From contig CAUVXB020000001.1 in the NCBI GenBank assembly GCA_963555825.3, forward strand, positions 1,344,001 to 1,408,000: a stretch of DNA of 64,000 bases, given 5' to 3'. The notes beneath the pieces are model-generated. The model was not told the DNA's origin. It worked only from the letters and a program-made list of their open reading frames with translations, and searched no databases. Origin of the DNA: Alphaproteobacteria bacterium. Its GTDB lineage: Bacteria > Pseudomonadota > Alphaproteobacteria > JAAXGF01. Below are positions 51,414-61,769 of the stretch, in pieces. Numbering within the stretch: the first letter of the stretch is position 1; each line of letters begins with the position of its first letter. Both the position numbers and the translations under genes were made by a program.

Positions 51414-52632
51414 CAGCGTCAGCCCGACCCATGGCGAACAAGAGGGAACAGCGTACAATGGTCACTTCGGCTGTACCTGCTAGCATCCGCTATTCCTGTT
51501 CAACCAGTTCGGCGACTTGGAGAGATGTTCCCTGCGCCCCGGTAATGTTCACAGTGCCGACGGATGGCGGAATGTTCTGGAGCCGGTGGTGATGCGCTAT
51601 AAGGAAAGGAAGGTGCGGCTGTATTTTCGTGGCGATGCCGCCTTCGCCTCACCGGAGATATACGAATATCTCGAAGCCGAGGGATTACTCTACGTCATCC
51701 GCCTCAAAGCGAACGCGATTCTCCAGCGGAACATTGCCCATCTGCTTACGCGACCTGTCGGTCGCCCGCCCGACCATGTTCGCCGTTTCCACGCCAGCTT
51801 CAGCTATCAGGCCGGATCGTGGAACAAGAAGCGCCGTGTCGTGGCCAAAGTGGAGTGGCACCCCGGCGAGCTGGTTCCTCGCGTCGGTTTCATCGTCACT
51901 AATCTGTCGCGCCCTACCAAGCGGGTGGTGGCGTTCTATAATCACCGTGGCACGGCGGAGCAGCACATCAAGGAAGGCAAGAACGCCATCAACTGGACCC
52001 GTCTGTCATGTCGCAAGTTCCGCAACAATGCCGTTCGGCTCCAGCTTCACGCCCTGGCCTACAATCTGGGCAACTTCATGAGGACACTGGCTTTGCCGAA
52101 GGAGGTGGAGCACTGGTCGATGACGACGTTGCGCGACAAGCTGGTGAAGATCGGGGCCAAGGTTGTCCGACATGGCCGCTACGTTACGTTCCAATTGGCT
52201 GAGGTGGCGGTGCCGAGGGACCTGTTCCGGAAAATCCTGAGCTTGATTGATGATCTGCGACGAAGACCCGCTCCGGCGTAGGCCGAGGGAATCGACGGCG
52301 AGGAGAAAGCGACAGGAGAGGTGTGTCTGGATGGCGAGAAAAATGACCGAGTGGCCTTCCAAGCGCGGGCCGATTACCAAAATCATGCCATCGGATGGCT
52401 GCATAGGGGATACAGTTCCCTTGGCGGTGGGAAAGTGGTACGATTTCCACGAATTTGGATGGTATATGGGGAATGTCGGTCAATAGCACGACGCGGCGCC
52501 TGCCGCCACGTCACGCACTTTGGTTTGTAATCTCAAATCGGGTTGTTTATTCTTCACGACACACGATCGCGGGCCGGTCGACCGACCACTGGGGGGTTGG
52601 TACGGTCACCGCGGCAAAAACGGGAGACACCG

Positions 52633-53460
52633 ATGATTCGAAAGATCCTGGTCGCGATGCTCGGCGTCGCGGTCATCACAGCAATCACGACACAGGCCAA
52701 CGCGGCCAACGACCGCTTCATGAAAGTCCTCGAACGCGGCACGCTCATCGTCGGCGTCAAGGCCGACTACAAGCCGTGGGGCTTCCGCGATTCGGACGGC
52801 AAGCTCGTCGGCATGGAGATCGACATGGCCCAGGACGTGGCCGACGCCTTGGGCGTCGAGCTCGAGCTGGTGCCGGTGCAATCATCCAACCGCATGCAGT
52901 TCCTTCAGCAGGGCAAGATCGATCTGATGATCGCCACCATGTCGGACAAGGCCAACCGCCGCAAGGTGGTCGGCATACCGCAACCTAACTACTATACGTC
53001 GGGCACCAACGTGCTGGCCAAGAAGGGCGTCGTGAGCAGTTGGGCGGACCTCAAGGGCAAGCCTGTCTGCGGCAAGCAGGGCGCCTTCTACAACAAGCAG
53101 GTATCGCAGAAGTACGGCGCCAAGATCGTCGCCTTCGTCGGCAACGCCGAGGCCAAGCAGGCGCTCCGCGACGGCAAGTGCGTCGCCTGGGTCTATGACG
53201 ATTCGTCGATCATGGCCGATCTCGCGTCGGGCCAATACGACGATTACGAGATGCCGATGATGACCGAAGACGACAACCCCTGGGCGCTCGCCGTTCCCTT
53301 GGAGGAACTGGACGGCATCTGGGGCAACTTCATGTCCGGCATGATCTACAACTGGCACAGCTCGGGCCGGCTGATCGAGCTGGAGAAGAAGTGGAGCATC
53401 CAGACCACCCAGTTCGTCATCGATATGAACAAGAGGTTCGAGCCCTACGAAGCGAACTAA
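52633..53460 (+). CDS. Polar amino-acid ABC transporter substrate-binding protein
   Basis: Signal peptide, RGTLIVGVKADYKPWGF, G.EID.A, NR..FLQQGKIDL. Confidence 0.92.
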   Translation: MIRKILVAMLGVAVITAITTQANAANDRFMKVLERGTLIVGVKADYKPWGFRDSDGKLVGMEIDMAQDVADALGVELELVPVQSSNRMQFLQQGKIDLMIATMSDKANRRKVVGIPQPNYYTSGTNVLAKKGVVSSWADLKGKPVCGKQGAFYNKQVSQKYGAKIVAFVGNAEAKQALRDGKCVAWVYDDSSIMADLASGQYDDYEMPMMTEDDNPWALAVPLEELDGIWGNFMSGMIYNWHSSGRLIELEKKWSIQTTQFVIDMNKRFEPYEAN

Positions 53461-53468
53461 GCCGTTGG

Positions 53469-53508
53469 AGCCGGGCGCGGGTCCTGTCGGGAACCGCGCC
53501 CGCCCCTC
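53469..53508 (+). terminator. GC-rich stem-loop after the binding-protein gene (terminator or mRNA stabiliser)
   Basis: GGGCGCGG-GTCC-TGTCG-GGAA-CCGCGCCC; no clear U tract. Confidence 0.4.
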
Positions 53509-53557
53509 CAAGGCCATAGACGGCGCCATTCAGTAACCGCGGAATAGGGGGGACCCC

Positions 53558-54301
53558 GTGGAACTGTTCTTCGCAGATTATTTCCGAGAGCTTTACGATT
53601 CGACCGGCTGGAATTTCCCGTTTCTGTACGAGCAGTACGAATACGACCGGATTCTGGAAGGCATGTGGGTGTCGTGCAAGCTGATCGTCGCTTCCCTGAT
53701 CTTCAGTCTCGTGGTCGGCATCGTCGGCGCCTGGGCGCAGGGCGCCGAATCCAAGATCGTGCGCTACTCGATAGCGGGATACATCCAGTTCTTCCGCAAT
53801 ACGCCGCCATTCGTGCAGATCCTGTTCTTCTATTTCGTGCTCGGCAACCTGGTCCCCACTTACGACGCCGGCGGCTACCAGGAGGGCTATATCGACAGCT
53901 TCGGCTGGGCGGTGATCTCCCTGGGCTTCTTCGCCGGCGCTTTCAACACGGAGATCTTCCGCTCGGGCATCGAGGCGGTGCCGGAATCGACGGTCGAGGC
54001 CGCCGAGGCCTTGGGTTACACGCGGCTCCAGTCCTACCTCCACGTCGTCTTCCCGCTGGCGTTCCGGGTCTGCCTGCCGGCGCTCAACAACAACCTGGTC
54101 AATCTCCTGAAGACGACGACGCTCGCCTACGGCATCGCCGTGCCGGAAATGATGTACACGGCCAACCAGATCTGGTCGGACAACGTCAACGTGCCTGAGA
54201 TGATGATCGTTTTGTTCATCTTTTACGTCGGCCTGGTCGCGGTGCTCGTCTACGGCATGCACAAGTGGGAAAAGAAATTGAAGATCCCGGGGTACGGCTG
54301 A
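53558..54301 (+). CDS. Amino-acid ABC transporter permease
   Basis: FFRNTPP.VQ, EIFRSGIEAVP....EAAEALG EAA motif. Confidence 0.92.
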   Translation: MELFFADYFRELYDSTGWNFPFLYEQYEYDRILEGMWVSCKLIVASLIFSLVVGIVGAWAQGAESKIVRYSIAGYIQFFRNTPPFVQILFFYFVLGNLVPTYDAGGYQEGYIDSFGWAVISLGFFAGAFNTEIFRSGIEAVPESTVEAAEALGYTRLQSYLHVVFPLAFRVCLPALNNNLVNLLKTTTLAYGIAVPEMMYTANQIWSDNVNVPEMMIVLFIFYVGLVAVLVYGMHKWEKKLKIPGYG

Positions 54302-55236
54302 TGGATACGGGTAGAGTCATGCTCGACGGCGCGATATCCCGTACCGATGATGCGAAAGCAACGGATTTGCCGGTTCTGCTGCCGGTCGCCGAAAAGGTCC
54401 GGCGTTCGGCATTGATCGAGCGCCGCGAAGGCACCTATCGCCTCAACATGCAACCGCGCCACGCCGTCTGGGTGGTGGCGCTCTTCGTCGTCGCCTGCGG
54501 AACCGCCCAGGCCGCCACACCCGAGGGGTTGATCAGCCCCATGGCGGCGATCTTCAAATGGATGGGATTCATTCTGTGGGGACCCGAGGGTGGGTTTACC
54601 GGCTTCTCCCTCAACCTGATCATCAGCTTTTTCGCCATGGTGTTCGGCACTGTAGCAGGCGCCGCGTTGGGCCTGATGCAGATATCTCTGTTGCTGCCCG
54701 TGCGTCGGGGATCGTGGATCGTCACCCAGTTTTTCCGCAATTCGCCGTGGCTGGTGCTGCTGTTCACGATCATGTTGCTGTTCCCGTTCGAGATCGATCT
54801 CGGTTTCGTGGTCATCCCGGTGCCCGACTGGATGAAGGCGGTGATCGGCTTCTCGCTTCCGGTCATGGCCAATATATCCGAGGTCGTCCGCGGCGCCGTC
54901 CAATCGCTGCCGACCGGTCAGTGGGAATCGGCGGAGAGCTTGGCCTTCTCGCGCCGCCAGACGATGTGGATGATCATCCTGCCGCAATGCGTCAAGCGGA
55001 TGATCCCGCCGTGGATCAACTGGTACTGCATCCTGGCCATGGCGACGCCGATCAGTTCGATCATGGGCGTCGAGGAATCGGTGACCTACACCGCCCAGGC
55101 CTTGAACGCCGAGGGCGACCGGCCGGAGCTGATCCCCGTCTTCTATGCGTTCCTGCTCTTAATCCACTTCGTTTACACCTATCCGATCGCGCGCTGGTCG
55201 ATCCAGCTCGAGAAGAAATTCGTGATCAAGACGTGA
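54301..55236 (+). CDS. Amino-acid ABC transporter permease
   Basis: FFRNSPWLV, EVVRGAVQSLPTGQWESAESLAF, IILPQ. Confidence 0.9.
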   Translation: MDTGRVMLDGAISRTDDAKATDLPVLLPVAEKVRRSALIERREGTYRLNMQPRHAVWVVALFVVACGTAQAATPEGLISPMAAIFKWMGFILWGPEGGFTGFSLNLIISFFAMVFGTVAGAALGLMQISLLLPVRRGSWIVTQFFRNSPWLVLLFTIMLLFPFEIDLGFVVIPVPDWMKAVIGFSLPVMANISEVVRGAVQSLPTGQWESAESLAFSRRQTMWMIILPQCVKRMIPPWINWYCILAMATPISSIMGVEESVTYTAQALNAEGDRPELIPVFYAFLLLIHFVYTYPIARWSIQLEKKFVIKT

Positions 55237-55249
55237 GGAGGCTTGGGAC

Positions 55250-56017
55250 ATGAGCGATGCCGCCACCGCCACCAACTGGACACCCGACCAGCCGATGGTC
55301 TCGATCAGGGAGGTGCATAAGTCGTTCGGCGATCTGGAGGTGCTGAAAGGCGTCTCGATGGACATCATGCAGGGCGAGTGCATTTGCATCATCGGCCCCT
55401 CGGGCTCCGGCAAATCGACCCTGATCCGCTGCGTCAACGCGCTGAACGACATCCAGAAGGGCTCGATCAAGGTCGAGGGCCAGGAGGTCAACGATCCCGA
55501 CCTCAACAAGCTGGAACTGCGCAAGAAGGTCGGCATGGTGTTCCAGCAGTACAACCTGTTCCCGCACAAGACGGCGATCGAGAACATCATGATGGCGCCG
55601 ATCCACGTGCTCAAGCAGGACAAGAAGTTGGTCGAGGAGCGGGCCCGCTCGCTGGTCAAGAAGGTCCGCCTCGAAGGCAAGGAGCAGAGCTATCCCGGCG
55701 AGCTCTCCGGCGGCCAGCAGCAGCGCGTCGCGATCGCCCGCTCGCTCGCCATGACGCCCGATGTCATGCTGTTCGACGAGGTCACCGCGGCGCTCGACCC
55801 GGAGACCGTCAAGGAGGTGCTGGTCACCATCCAGGACCTCGCTGAGGAGGGCATGACCTGCATCCTGGTGACCCACGAGATGGGCTTCGCGCGCGAGATC
55901 GCCAACCACGTCTACTTCACCGACCGCGGCGTCATCGTCGAGCACGGCCCGCCGGCGACCTTCTTCGACGAGGCCAAGGACCCGCGCACCAAGGAGTTCC
56001 TCAGCCAGATTCTCTAA
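55250..56017 (+). CDS. Amino-acid ABC transporter ATP-binding protein
   Basis: GPSGSGKST, LSGGQQQRVAIAR, LFDE.T.ALDPE, VTHEMGFA. Confidence 0.95.
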   Translation: MSDAATATNWTPDQPMVSIREVHKSFGDLEVLKGVSMDIMQGECICIIGPSGSGKSTLIRCVNALNDIQKGSIKVEGQEVNDPDLNKLELRKKVGMVFQQYNLFPHKTAIENIMMAPIHVLKQDKKLVEERARSLVKKVRLEGKEQSYPGELSGGQQQRVAIARSLAMTPDVMLFDEVTAALDPETVKEVLVTIQDLAEEGMTCILVTHEMGFAREIANHVYFTDRGVIVEHGPPATFFDEAKDPRTKEFLSQIL

Positions 56018-56100
56018 TCGCAAAATCGAGATCACGGCGCGTGACAGCGGCGTTTCGGCGCGCTATCAGCGGCGCTGGTTTCGTGTGAAGGGTGGGGACG

Positions 56101-57288
56101 ATGACAGAATCCTACGATGCGATCGTGATCGGCGGCGGTGTGGTCGGCGCGGCGACGGCGTTCAATCTGAAGAAGCTGGGCTGCGATCGGGTCATGCTGA
56201 TGGAGCGTGACCAGACGTGTTCGGGCGGCACGGCGAAGTCCTGCGCCATCGTGCGCACGCACTACTCGATCCCGACCAACACCCAGCTCGCCGTGCAGAG
56301 CCTCGGCATCCTCGCGAACTTCAAGGAAGCGCTCGGCCACGACGAGGCCGATTGCAACTGGATCAATTCGGGCTACCTGATCCTGGCGCCCGAGGGGCCG
56401 ACCGCCGACAGCCTGACCGCCAACCTCGCCATGCAGACGGACCACGGCGCCGAGACGCGGCCGATCAGCCGCGCCGACGCGCTGGAACTGCATCCGCTGC
56501 TCAACCTCGACGACATCGCCGCGATCGGCTACGAGCCCTTGTCGGGCTATGCCGATCCGAGCCGGACGACGTACTCCTACGTGCGCGCCGCGCTCGACCT
56601 CGGCGTCGAGCTGAAACGCTTCCGCGCGGCGCTCGGCCTGATGCGCGACGGCGACAAGGTCGTCGGCGTCGAGACCTATGCCGAGGACTTCCCGGCCGGC
56701 AAGGTGATCTGCGCCATGGGGCCGTGGTCGGGCCGGCTCGCCGAATGGACCGGCCTCGACATCCCGCTCGAAATCTCGCGCCACACCGTGCTGACCTTCA
56801 TCGGCGACGAGCGCTACGACCCCGAGACGCCGATCGTCAAGGACCTGACGACCGGGAACAAGATGTACTTTCGCCCGACCACGGGCGGCGCCGTGCTGGT
56901 CGGCACCGGCGACCATGGCGAGCCGATCGAGACGCTCGACGAGGTCGACACGGCGGTCGCGATGGATTTCGTCGCCCATCAGGGCGGCCAGATCAACCAT
57001 CGCATGTCGGGTTTCGCCGATTGCCATCTCGGTGCCACCTGGCACGGGCCCTACGACATCACGCCCGATTGGAACCCGGTGCTCGGCGCGGTGCCCGAGC
57101 GCGACGGACTGATCATCGCCTACGGCTTCTCGGGCCACGGCTTCAAACTCGCGCCGGCGCTCGGCAAGGTGCTGGCGCAGACCGCGTTGGGCCAGGAGAC
57201 CGACGTCGACATCACGCCCTATGCCTTGAGCCGCTTCGCCGACGGCGCGTTGTTGACCGGCGCCTACGGCATCGGCTCGATCTCCTAA
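56101..57288 (+). CDS. FAD-dependent oxidoreductase (sarcosine oxidase beta / DAO family)
   Basis: VIGGGVVG, YDITPDWNPVLG, GFSGHGFKLAP. Confidence 0.9.
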   Translation: MTESYDAIVIGGGVVGAATAFNLKKLGCDRVMLMERDQTCSGGTAKSCAIVRTHYSIPTNTQLAVQSLGILANFKEALGHDEADCNWINSGYLILAPEGPTADSLTANLAMQTDHGAETRPISRADALELHPLLNLDDIAAIGYEPLSGYADPSRTTYSYVRAALDLGVELKRFRAALGLMRDGDKVVGVETYAEDFPAGKVICAMGPWSGRLAEWTGLDIPLEISRHTVLTFIGDERYDPETPIVKDLTTGNKMYFRPTTGGAVLVGTGDHGEPIETLDEVDTAVAMDFVAHQGGQINHRMSGFADCHLGATWHGPYDITPDWNPVLGAVPERDGLIIAYGFSGHGFKLAPALGKVLAQTALGQETDVDITPYALSRFADGALLTGAYGIGSIS

Positions 57289-57321
57289 GGCCGGTATCGA
57301 CGGCAAGAGGATTGCGCAGGC

Positions 57322-57504
57322 TCAGGCGCCCGCGCCCCTGCGCCGGGTCCACCACCAGTTCACGCCATAGACCAGCAACGCGCCCAGGGCCGCCGTAAGC
57401 CAGGTCAGCGTCAGCAGATTGACGACGACGCCGAACAACGGCCAGTCCCATGTCTCGGGCGGAATGACGACGGCGTAGAGCCGCTCGCCCGAGTAAATGC
57501 CGAT
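57322..57504 (-). pseudogene. 3' fragment of a small membrane-protein gene truncated by IS21
   Basis: Hydrophobic frame (WDWPLFGVVVNLLTLTWLTAALGALLVYGVNWWW) that runs into the IS21 end without its own start. Confidence 0.5.
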
Positions 57505-57623
57505 TGAGAACGGCAGAGCAATAATCCCCCACTGAAGCGGCCGGTCGATCCGGCTGCGGCGGACCAAAATGGGACCGCGTATAGCCTTCTGTCAGGGTTG
57601 CTCTGACTGGAAGGCGGGGGGGA

Positions 57624-59122
57624 TGTATCGGGTGGAGTTGTACGCACGGGTTCGGCGGGCGTGTCATGTCGAGGGGATGAGCACCCGCGAGGCCTCGCGG
57701 GTGTTTGGTGTAGACCGCAAGACGGTCCGTAAGATGCTGTCGTTCTCGGTGCCGCCAGGGTATCGCCGAAGCGCGCCGCCGAGGCGGCCAAAGCTGGGTC
57801 CGTTCACGGGAATCATCGATCGGATCTTGGAAGACGATCGGACCAGCCACCGCAAGCAACGGCACACTGCGAAGCGCATCTTCGACCGCCTCCGGGACGA
57901 GTACGGTTTCACGGGCGGCTACACCATCGTGAAGGACTACGTTCGTGAGCAGGGGCTTCGGTCGCGTGAGGTGTTCGTGCCACTCTCCCATTCCCCCGGT
58001 CACGCCCAGGCGGACTTCGGCGAAGCGATGGCGGTGATCGGCGGCGCGTTACGGAAGATCCACTTCCTTGCCTTCGACCTTCCCCACAGTGATGGTTGCT
58101 TTGTTGCGGCCTATCCGGCGGAGACGACCGAAGCATTCTGCGATGGCCACAACGCGGCGTTTGCCTTCTTCGGCGGCGTCCCCCGATCCATCCTGTACGA
58201 CAACACCAAGCTGGCGGTTGCCCGGATCCTGGGCGATGGGAAGCGGCAGCGAACGCGCGTCTTCACGGAGCTTCAGTCCCACTATCTGTTCGAGGACAGG
58301 TTCGGCCGGCCGGGCAAGGGCAACGACAAGGGCAAGGTCGAGGGACTGGTCGGCTTCATCCGGCGGAACTTCCTGGTCCCCGTCCCGCGTGCCGAGAGCT
58401 TCGCGGCCCTCAACGATGCTCTCGCCGAACAGTGCCGCCGGCGCCAGGCGGCGCGGCTGCGGGGCCACAAGGAGACCATCGGCGAGCGTCTCGAGCGGGA
58501 TCGTCAAGTTCTCTTGCCATTGCCGCCTGCTCCCTATGATGCCTGCGATAAGCGCCCTGGACGGGCGAGTTCGCTGTCGCTGGTGCGTTACCGCAGCAAC
58601 GACTATTCCGTGCCCGTGGCCTACGGCCACCGTGAGGTGCTCATCCGGGGCTACGTCGATGAGGTGGTGATCAGCTGCGGGGCCGAGGTGATCGCCCGGC
58701 ACCGCCGGTCCTACGACAGCGAGGACCTGATCTTCGACCCGCTGCATTACCTGCCCTTGATCGAGCAGAAGATCGGCGCCCTCGACCAGGCCGCGCCATT
58801 GGCGGGCTGGGACCTGCCCGAGGCCTTCATCACTCTGCGGCGGCTCCTCGAAGCTCGTATGGGCAAGGCAGGCAAGCGCGAGTACGTCCAGGTGCTCCGT
58901 CTACTGGAGACCTTCCGGCTCGAGGAGGTCGAGGGTGCGGTCGGCGACGCCCTGCGGCTCGGCGCAATCGGCTTTGATGCGGTGAAGCACCTGGTACTGT
59001 GCCGCATCGAGCGGCGGCCGCCCAGGCTCAACCTCGACGTCTATCCGTATCTGCCGCGCGCCCGGGTCGCGATGACGTCCGCCAAGTCGTACATGAGCCT
59101 GCTGTCGGGGCTCGGCGCATGA
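57624..59122 (+). CDS. istA: IS21 transposase
   Basis: AQADFGEA, ILYDN, KGKVE..VG..RRNF DDE motifs. The open frame is the track ORF 57569..59122; the start is placed near MYRVELY and is approximate. Confidence 0.9.
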
Positions 59123-59883
59123 CCGACACACCGCAAGTGCTGCTCGCCCACCACCTCAAGACGCTGAAGCTGCCGACCTTCCTGCGCGAGTACGACAAGA
59201 TCGCCCGGCAGTGCGCCTCGGAAGGCGTCGATCACGTCCGCTACCTGTTGAGACTCGCCGAGCTCGAGCTGATCGACCGCGAGCGCCGCATGGTCGAGCG
59301 GCGCATCAAGGCGGCGCGCTTCCCCGTGGTCAAGAGCCTCGACAGCTTCGACTTCAAGGTCATCCCCTCGCTCAACAAGGCGCTGGTCCTGGAGCTGGCC
59401 CGCTGCGAGTACATCGAGCGCCGCGAGAACCTCATCGCGCTCGGCAACAGTGGGACCGGCAAGACCCACATCGCCCTCGGTCTCGGCCTGGCGGCCTGCC
59501 AGAAGGGCCTCTCGGTCGGCTTCATCACCGCCGCCGCGCTGGTCCACGAACTCATCGAGGCCCGCGATGACAAGCAGCTGCTGAGGTTCCAGAAGAAGCT
59601 CGCCACCTACAAGCTTCTGATCGTCGACGAACTCGGCTTCGTGCCGCTGTCGAAGACCGGCGCCGAGCTGTTGTTCGAGGTGTTCAGCCAACGCTACGAG
59701 CGGGGCTCGACCCTGGTCACCACCAATCTGCCCTTCGACGAATGGACCGAGGTGTTCGGCTCCGAGCGCCTCACCGGCGCGCTCCTCGATCGCCTCACCC
59801 ACCACGTCAACATCCTCGAGATGAACGGTGACAGCTACAGGCTCAACCAGAGCCGCAGGCGTCAAACCCCGACTGCTAACTGA
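59119..59883 (+). CDS. istB: IS21 helper ATPase
   Basis: GNSGTGKTH, LLIVDELGF, TTNLPF.EW, ALLDRLTHH. Confidence 0.95.
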   Translation: MTDTPQVLLAHHLKTLKLPTFLREYDKIARQCASEGVDHVRYLLRLAELELIDRERRMVERRIKAARFPVVKSLDSFDFKVIPSLNKALVLELARCEYIERRENLIALGNSGTGKTHIALGLGLAACQKGLSVGFITAAALVHELIEARDDKQLLRFQKKLATYKLLIVDELGFVPLSKTGAELLFEVFSQRYERGSTLVTTNLPFDEWTEVFGSERLTGALLDRLTHHVNILEMNGDSYRLNQSRRRQTPTAN

Positions 59884-60074
59884 ACCGACCACCCAGCCCA
59901 CGCTTGACCCCGTGGGCCCACAGGTCCCTCCCGCGCGCGCCGCCGCGTCAGCCTGTTGAGGGCACGCCGCGTCGCGCGCGGGGCCCTCCCGTGGACTACG
60001 GGGACAAGCCCGCAGCCGCCAAGCGGTCCCTTCTTACACCGCCGAGGTGGTCCCTTTTTGCTCCGCCATTGACA

Positions 60075-61490
60075 CTTCGTCCATCGATCTTTCCGGCCTG
60101 CCTCCTCGGGTCGTCGAGGCGGCCGCCCGGGTGCTCGCACTGTGTCGCGAGGAGCTTCGTTCCGAGCCGCGCCCCGAGGCGCCCGAGGAGGTCGAGTTGC
60201 GGGTGCGTGAGGCCACGAACGAGTTCGCTCGCGATGTCATGGGCGCCGTCATCGAGAACCGGGACGATGGCGCTTCCCGGATCGAGCGGGACGGGCAGAG
60301 CTGGTTCCGGGTCGCGGTGACGCCGAAGACGATCATGACCTCGCTCGGTCCGGTGACCTACCGGCGAGCGCGTTACCGCAGCGGCGCGAGCGGGGCATCG
60401 CCGGTGCCGGTCGACGAGAGCCTGGGCCTCGTCGACGATTACCTGACGCGGCCGGCGGCCGAGCTCGGTCTGCTGATGATGGGTCACTGCACGGCCCGGG
60501 AAGCGGCGGCGTTCTTTGCGAAGACCGGCGCCATGACGCCGTCGGTGAGCACCCTGCAGCGCCTGACCCTGAGCATGCACGAATGCTGGGAGAGCCTCGG
60601 CCCGGAGACGCTGGGCAGCATCCGTGAGGCCGAGGGCATACCGCAGGACGCGACCACCGCCTCGGTCTCCCTCGACGGCGTCATGGTGCCGCTGAGACCC
60701 GGCGAGGACGGTCGCGCCAAGGCCTCCTGGCGCGAGGCTGCCTGCGGCACGGTCTCCTTCCACGACGCCGAGGGCAAGCGCCTGAAGACCCTCTATCTCG
60801 GCCGCATGCCGGAGAGCGGCAAGCTCACGCTGAAGGCGCAGCTTGCAAGCGAAGTCGCACACATCAGGCGAGCACGCCCCGAGATCGGGATCGTCGCTAT
60901 CGCCGATGGCGCCGCCGACAACTGGACCTTCCTGGAGACCCTGTCGCCCGAAACCGAGGTGATCGACTTCTGGCATGCTTGCGAACATCTGCAAACCGCG
61001 TCCGACCATGCCGTGGCGCCCGGCTGGTTCGAGAAGTACCGCGAGATCCTCCGTCACGATCCCCGTGGCGTCGCCAAGGTGATCCGGGCGCTGCGCCACC
61101 TTCGCGATGCCGCCGCTGCGCCGGACCGGGCCGAGACCGAGCGGGAACTCGCCTTCTTCCGCAAGCATCGCCATCGCATGCGCTACCACGCCCTGAAGGA
61201 AGAGGGCATCGCCATCGGCTCAGGCGTGGTCGAAGCTGCCAACAAGACCCTGGTGACACAGCGCATGAAGCGCTCCGGCATGCGCTGGCGGATCGTCGGC
61301 GGACAGGCTGTTCTGACCTTCCGCGCCCTGATCAAATCCGGCCGCTTCGAGCGGGCATGGAAGGCCCTGATCAGCGCAACCGACACACCGGCCAACGACA
61401 ACATCAGTCCACGTGCAGCAGCCATGGCAATCGCTGCCTGAACTCAACGAACCAAGCCGCAGACATCACTGCCATGCGAGACTCGCACCC
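60075..61490 (+). mobile_element. ISKra4/ISLre2-like element (IS256 superfamily), left end missing
   Basis: SLDGVMVP, IADGA..NW, IDFWHA.EHL, IGSGVVEAANK.LV.QRMKRSGMRW; right end ...CTCGCACCC at 61490; the ORF begins at the IS21 end with no own left end. Confidence 0.82.
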
Positions 61491-61747
61491 CGCTGGACAC
61501 CCTCAAGATCGACCGCGCCTTCGTCAGCAACATGGACAAGTCCGAAAACAGCCGACGGATCGTCACCAGCGTCGCTCATCTCGCGCTCGCCCTGGAGATG
61601 GACATCGTCGCCGAAGGCATCGAGGAAAAAGCACAGTTGGAGGCCCTGCGGGACATGGGCTGCCAGTACGGCCAGGGGTACTACATGGCGAAACCAACGA
61701 CCGCCGACAACATCGTTGAATTGATAGACAGCCGGCCGGTTTGGTAG
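61491..61747 (+). pseudogene. C-terminal fragment of an EAL-domain (c-di-GMP phosphodiesterase) gene
   Basis: LDTLKIDRAFV...IVAEGIE...GCQYGQGYYMAKP starts directly at the IS end; the 5' part is not in the window. Confidence 0.88.
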
Positions 61748-61769
61748 CGACCATGTCCGCGCATGGCTG

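Larger units (their letters stand above)
49414..52479 (+). mobile_element. IS1380-family element, copy 3, interrupted by a nested IS; same internal TAG (51481-51483)
   Basis: 5-bp duplication TCAAT; length 3066 = 1642 + 1407 + 17. Confidence 0.95.
57505..60074 (+). mobile_element. IS21-family insertion sequence
   Basis: Ends TGAGAACGGCAGAGCAATAAT / TTTTTGCTCCGCCATTGACA; istA and istB overlap; no flanking duplication. Confidence 0.93.

Noticed and set aside
4147-51483. Genome-wide amber (TAG) recoding suggested by several in-frame TAGs
   Set aside because: The TAGs replace different expected residues (probably Glu and Leu in the cyclase, Tyr in IS1380), the DUF1348 lesion is TAA, the cyclase also has a frameshift, and many intact genes end at TAG. 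Pseudogenisation explains this better.
36232-52479. Composite transposon formed by co-oriented IS1380 copies 2 and 3 around the hopanoid cluster
   Set aside because: Each copy has its own perfect target duplication (CTGTA, TCAAT), so they inserted independently.
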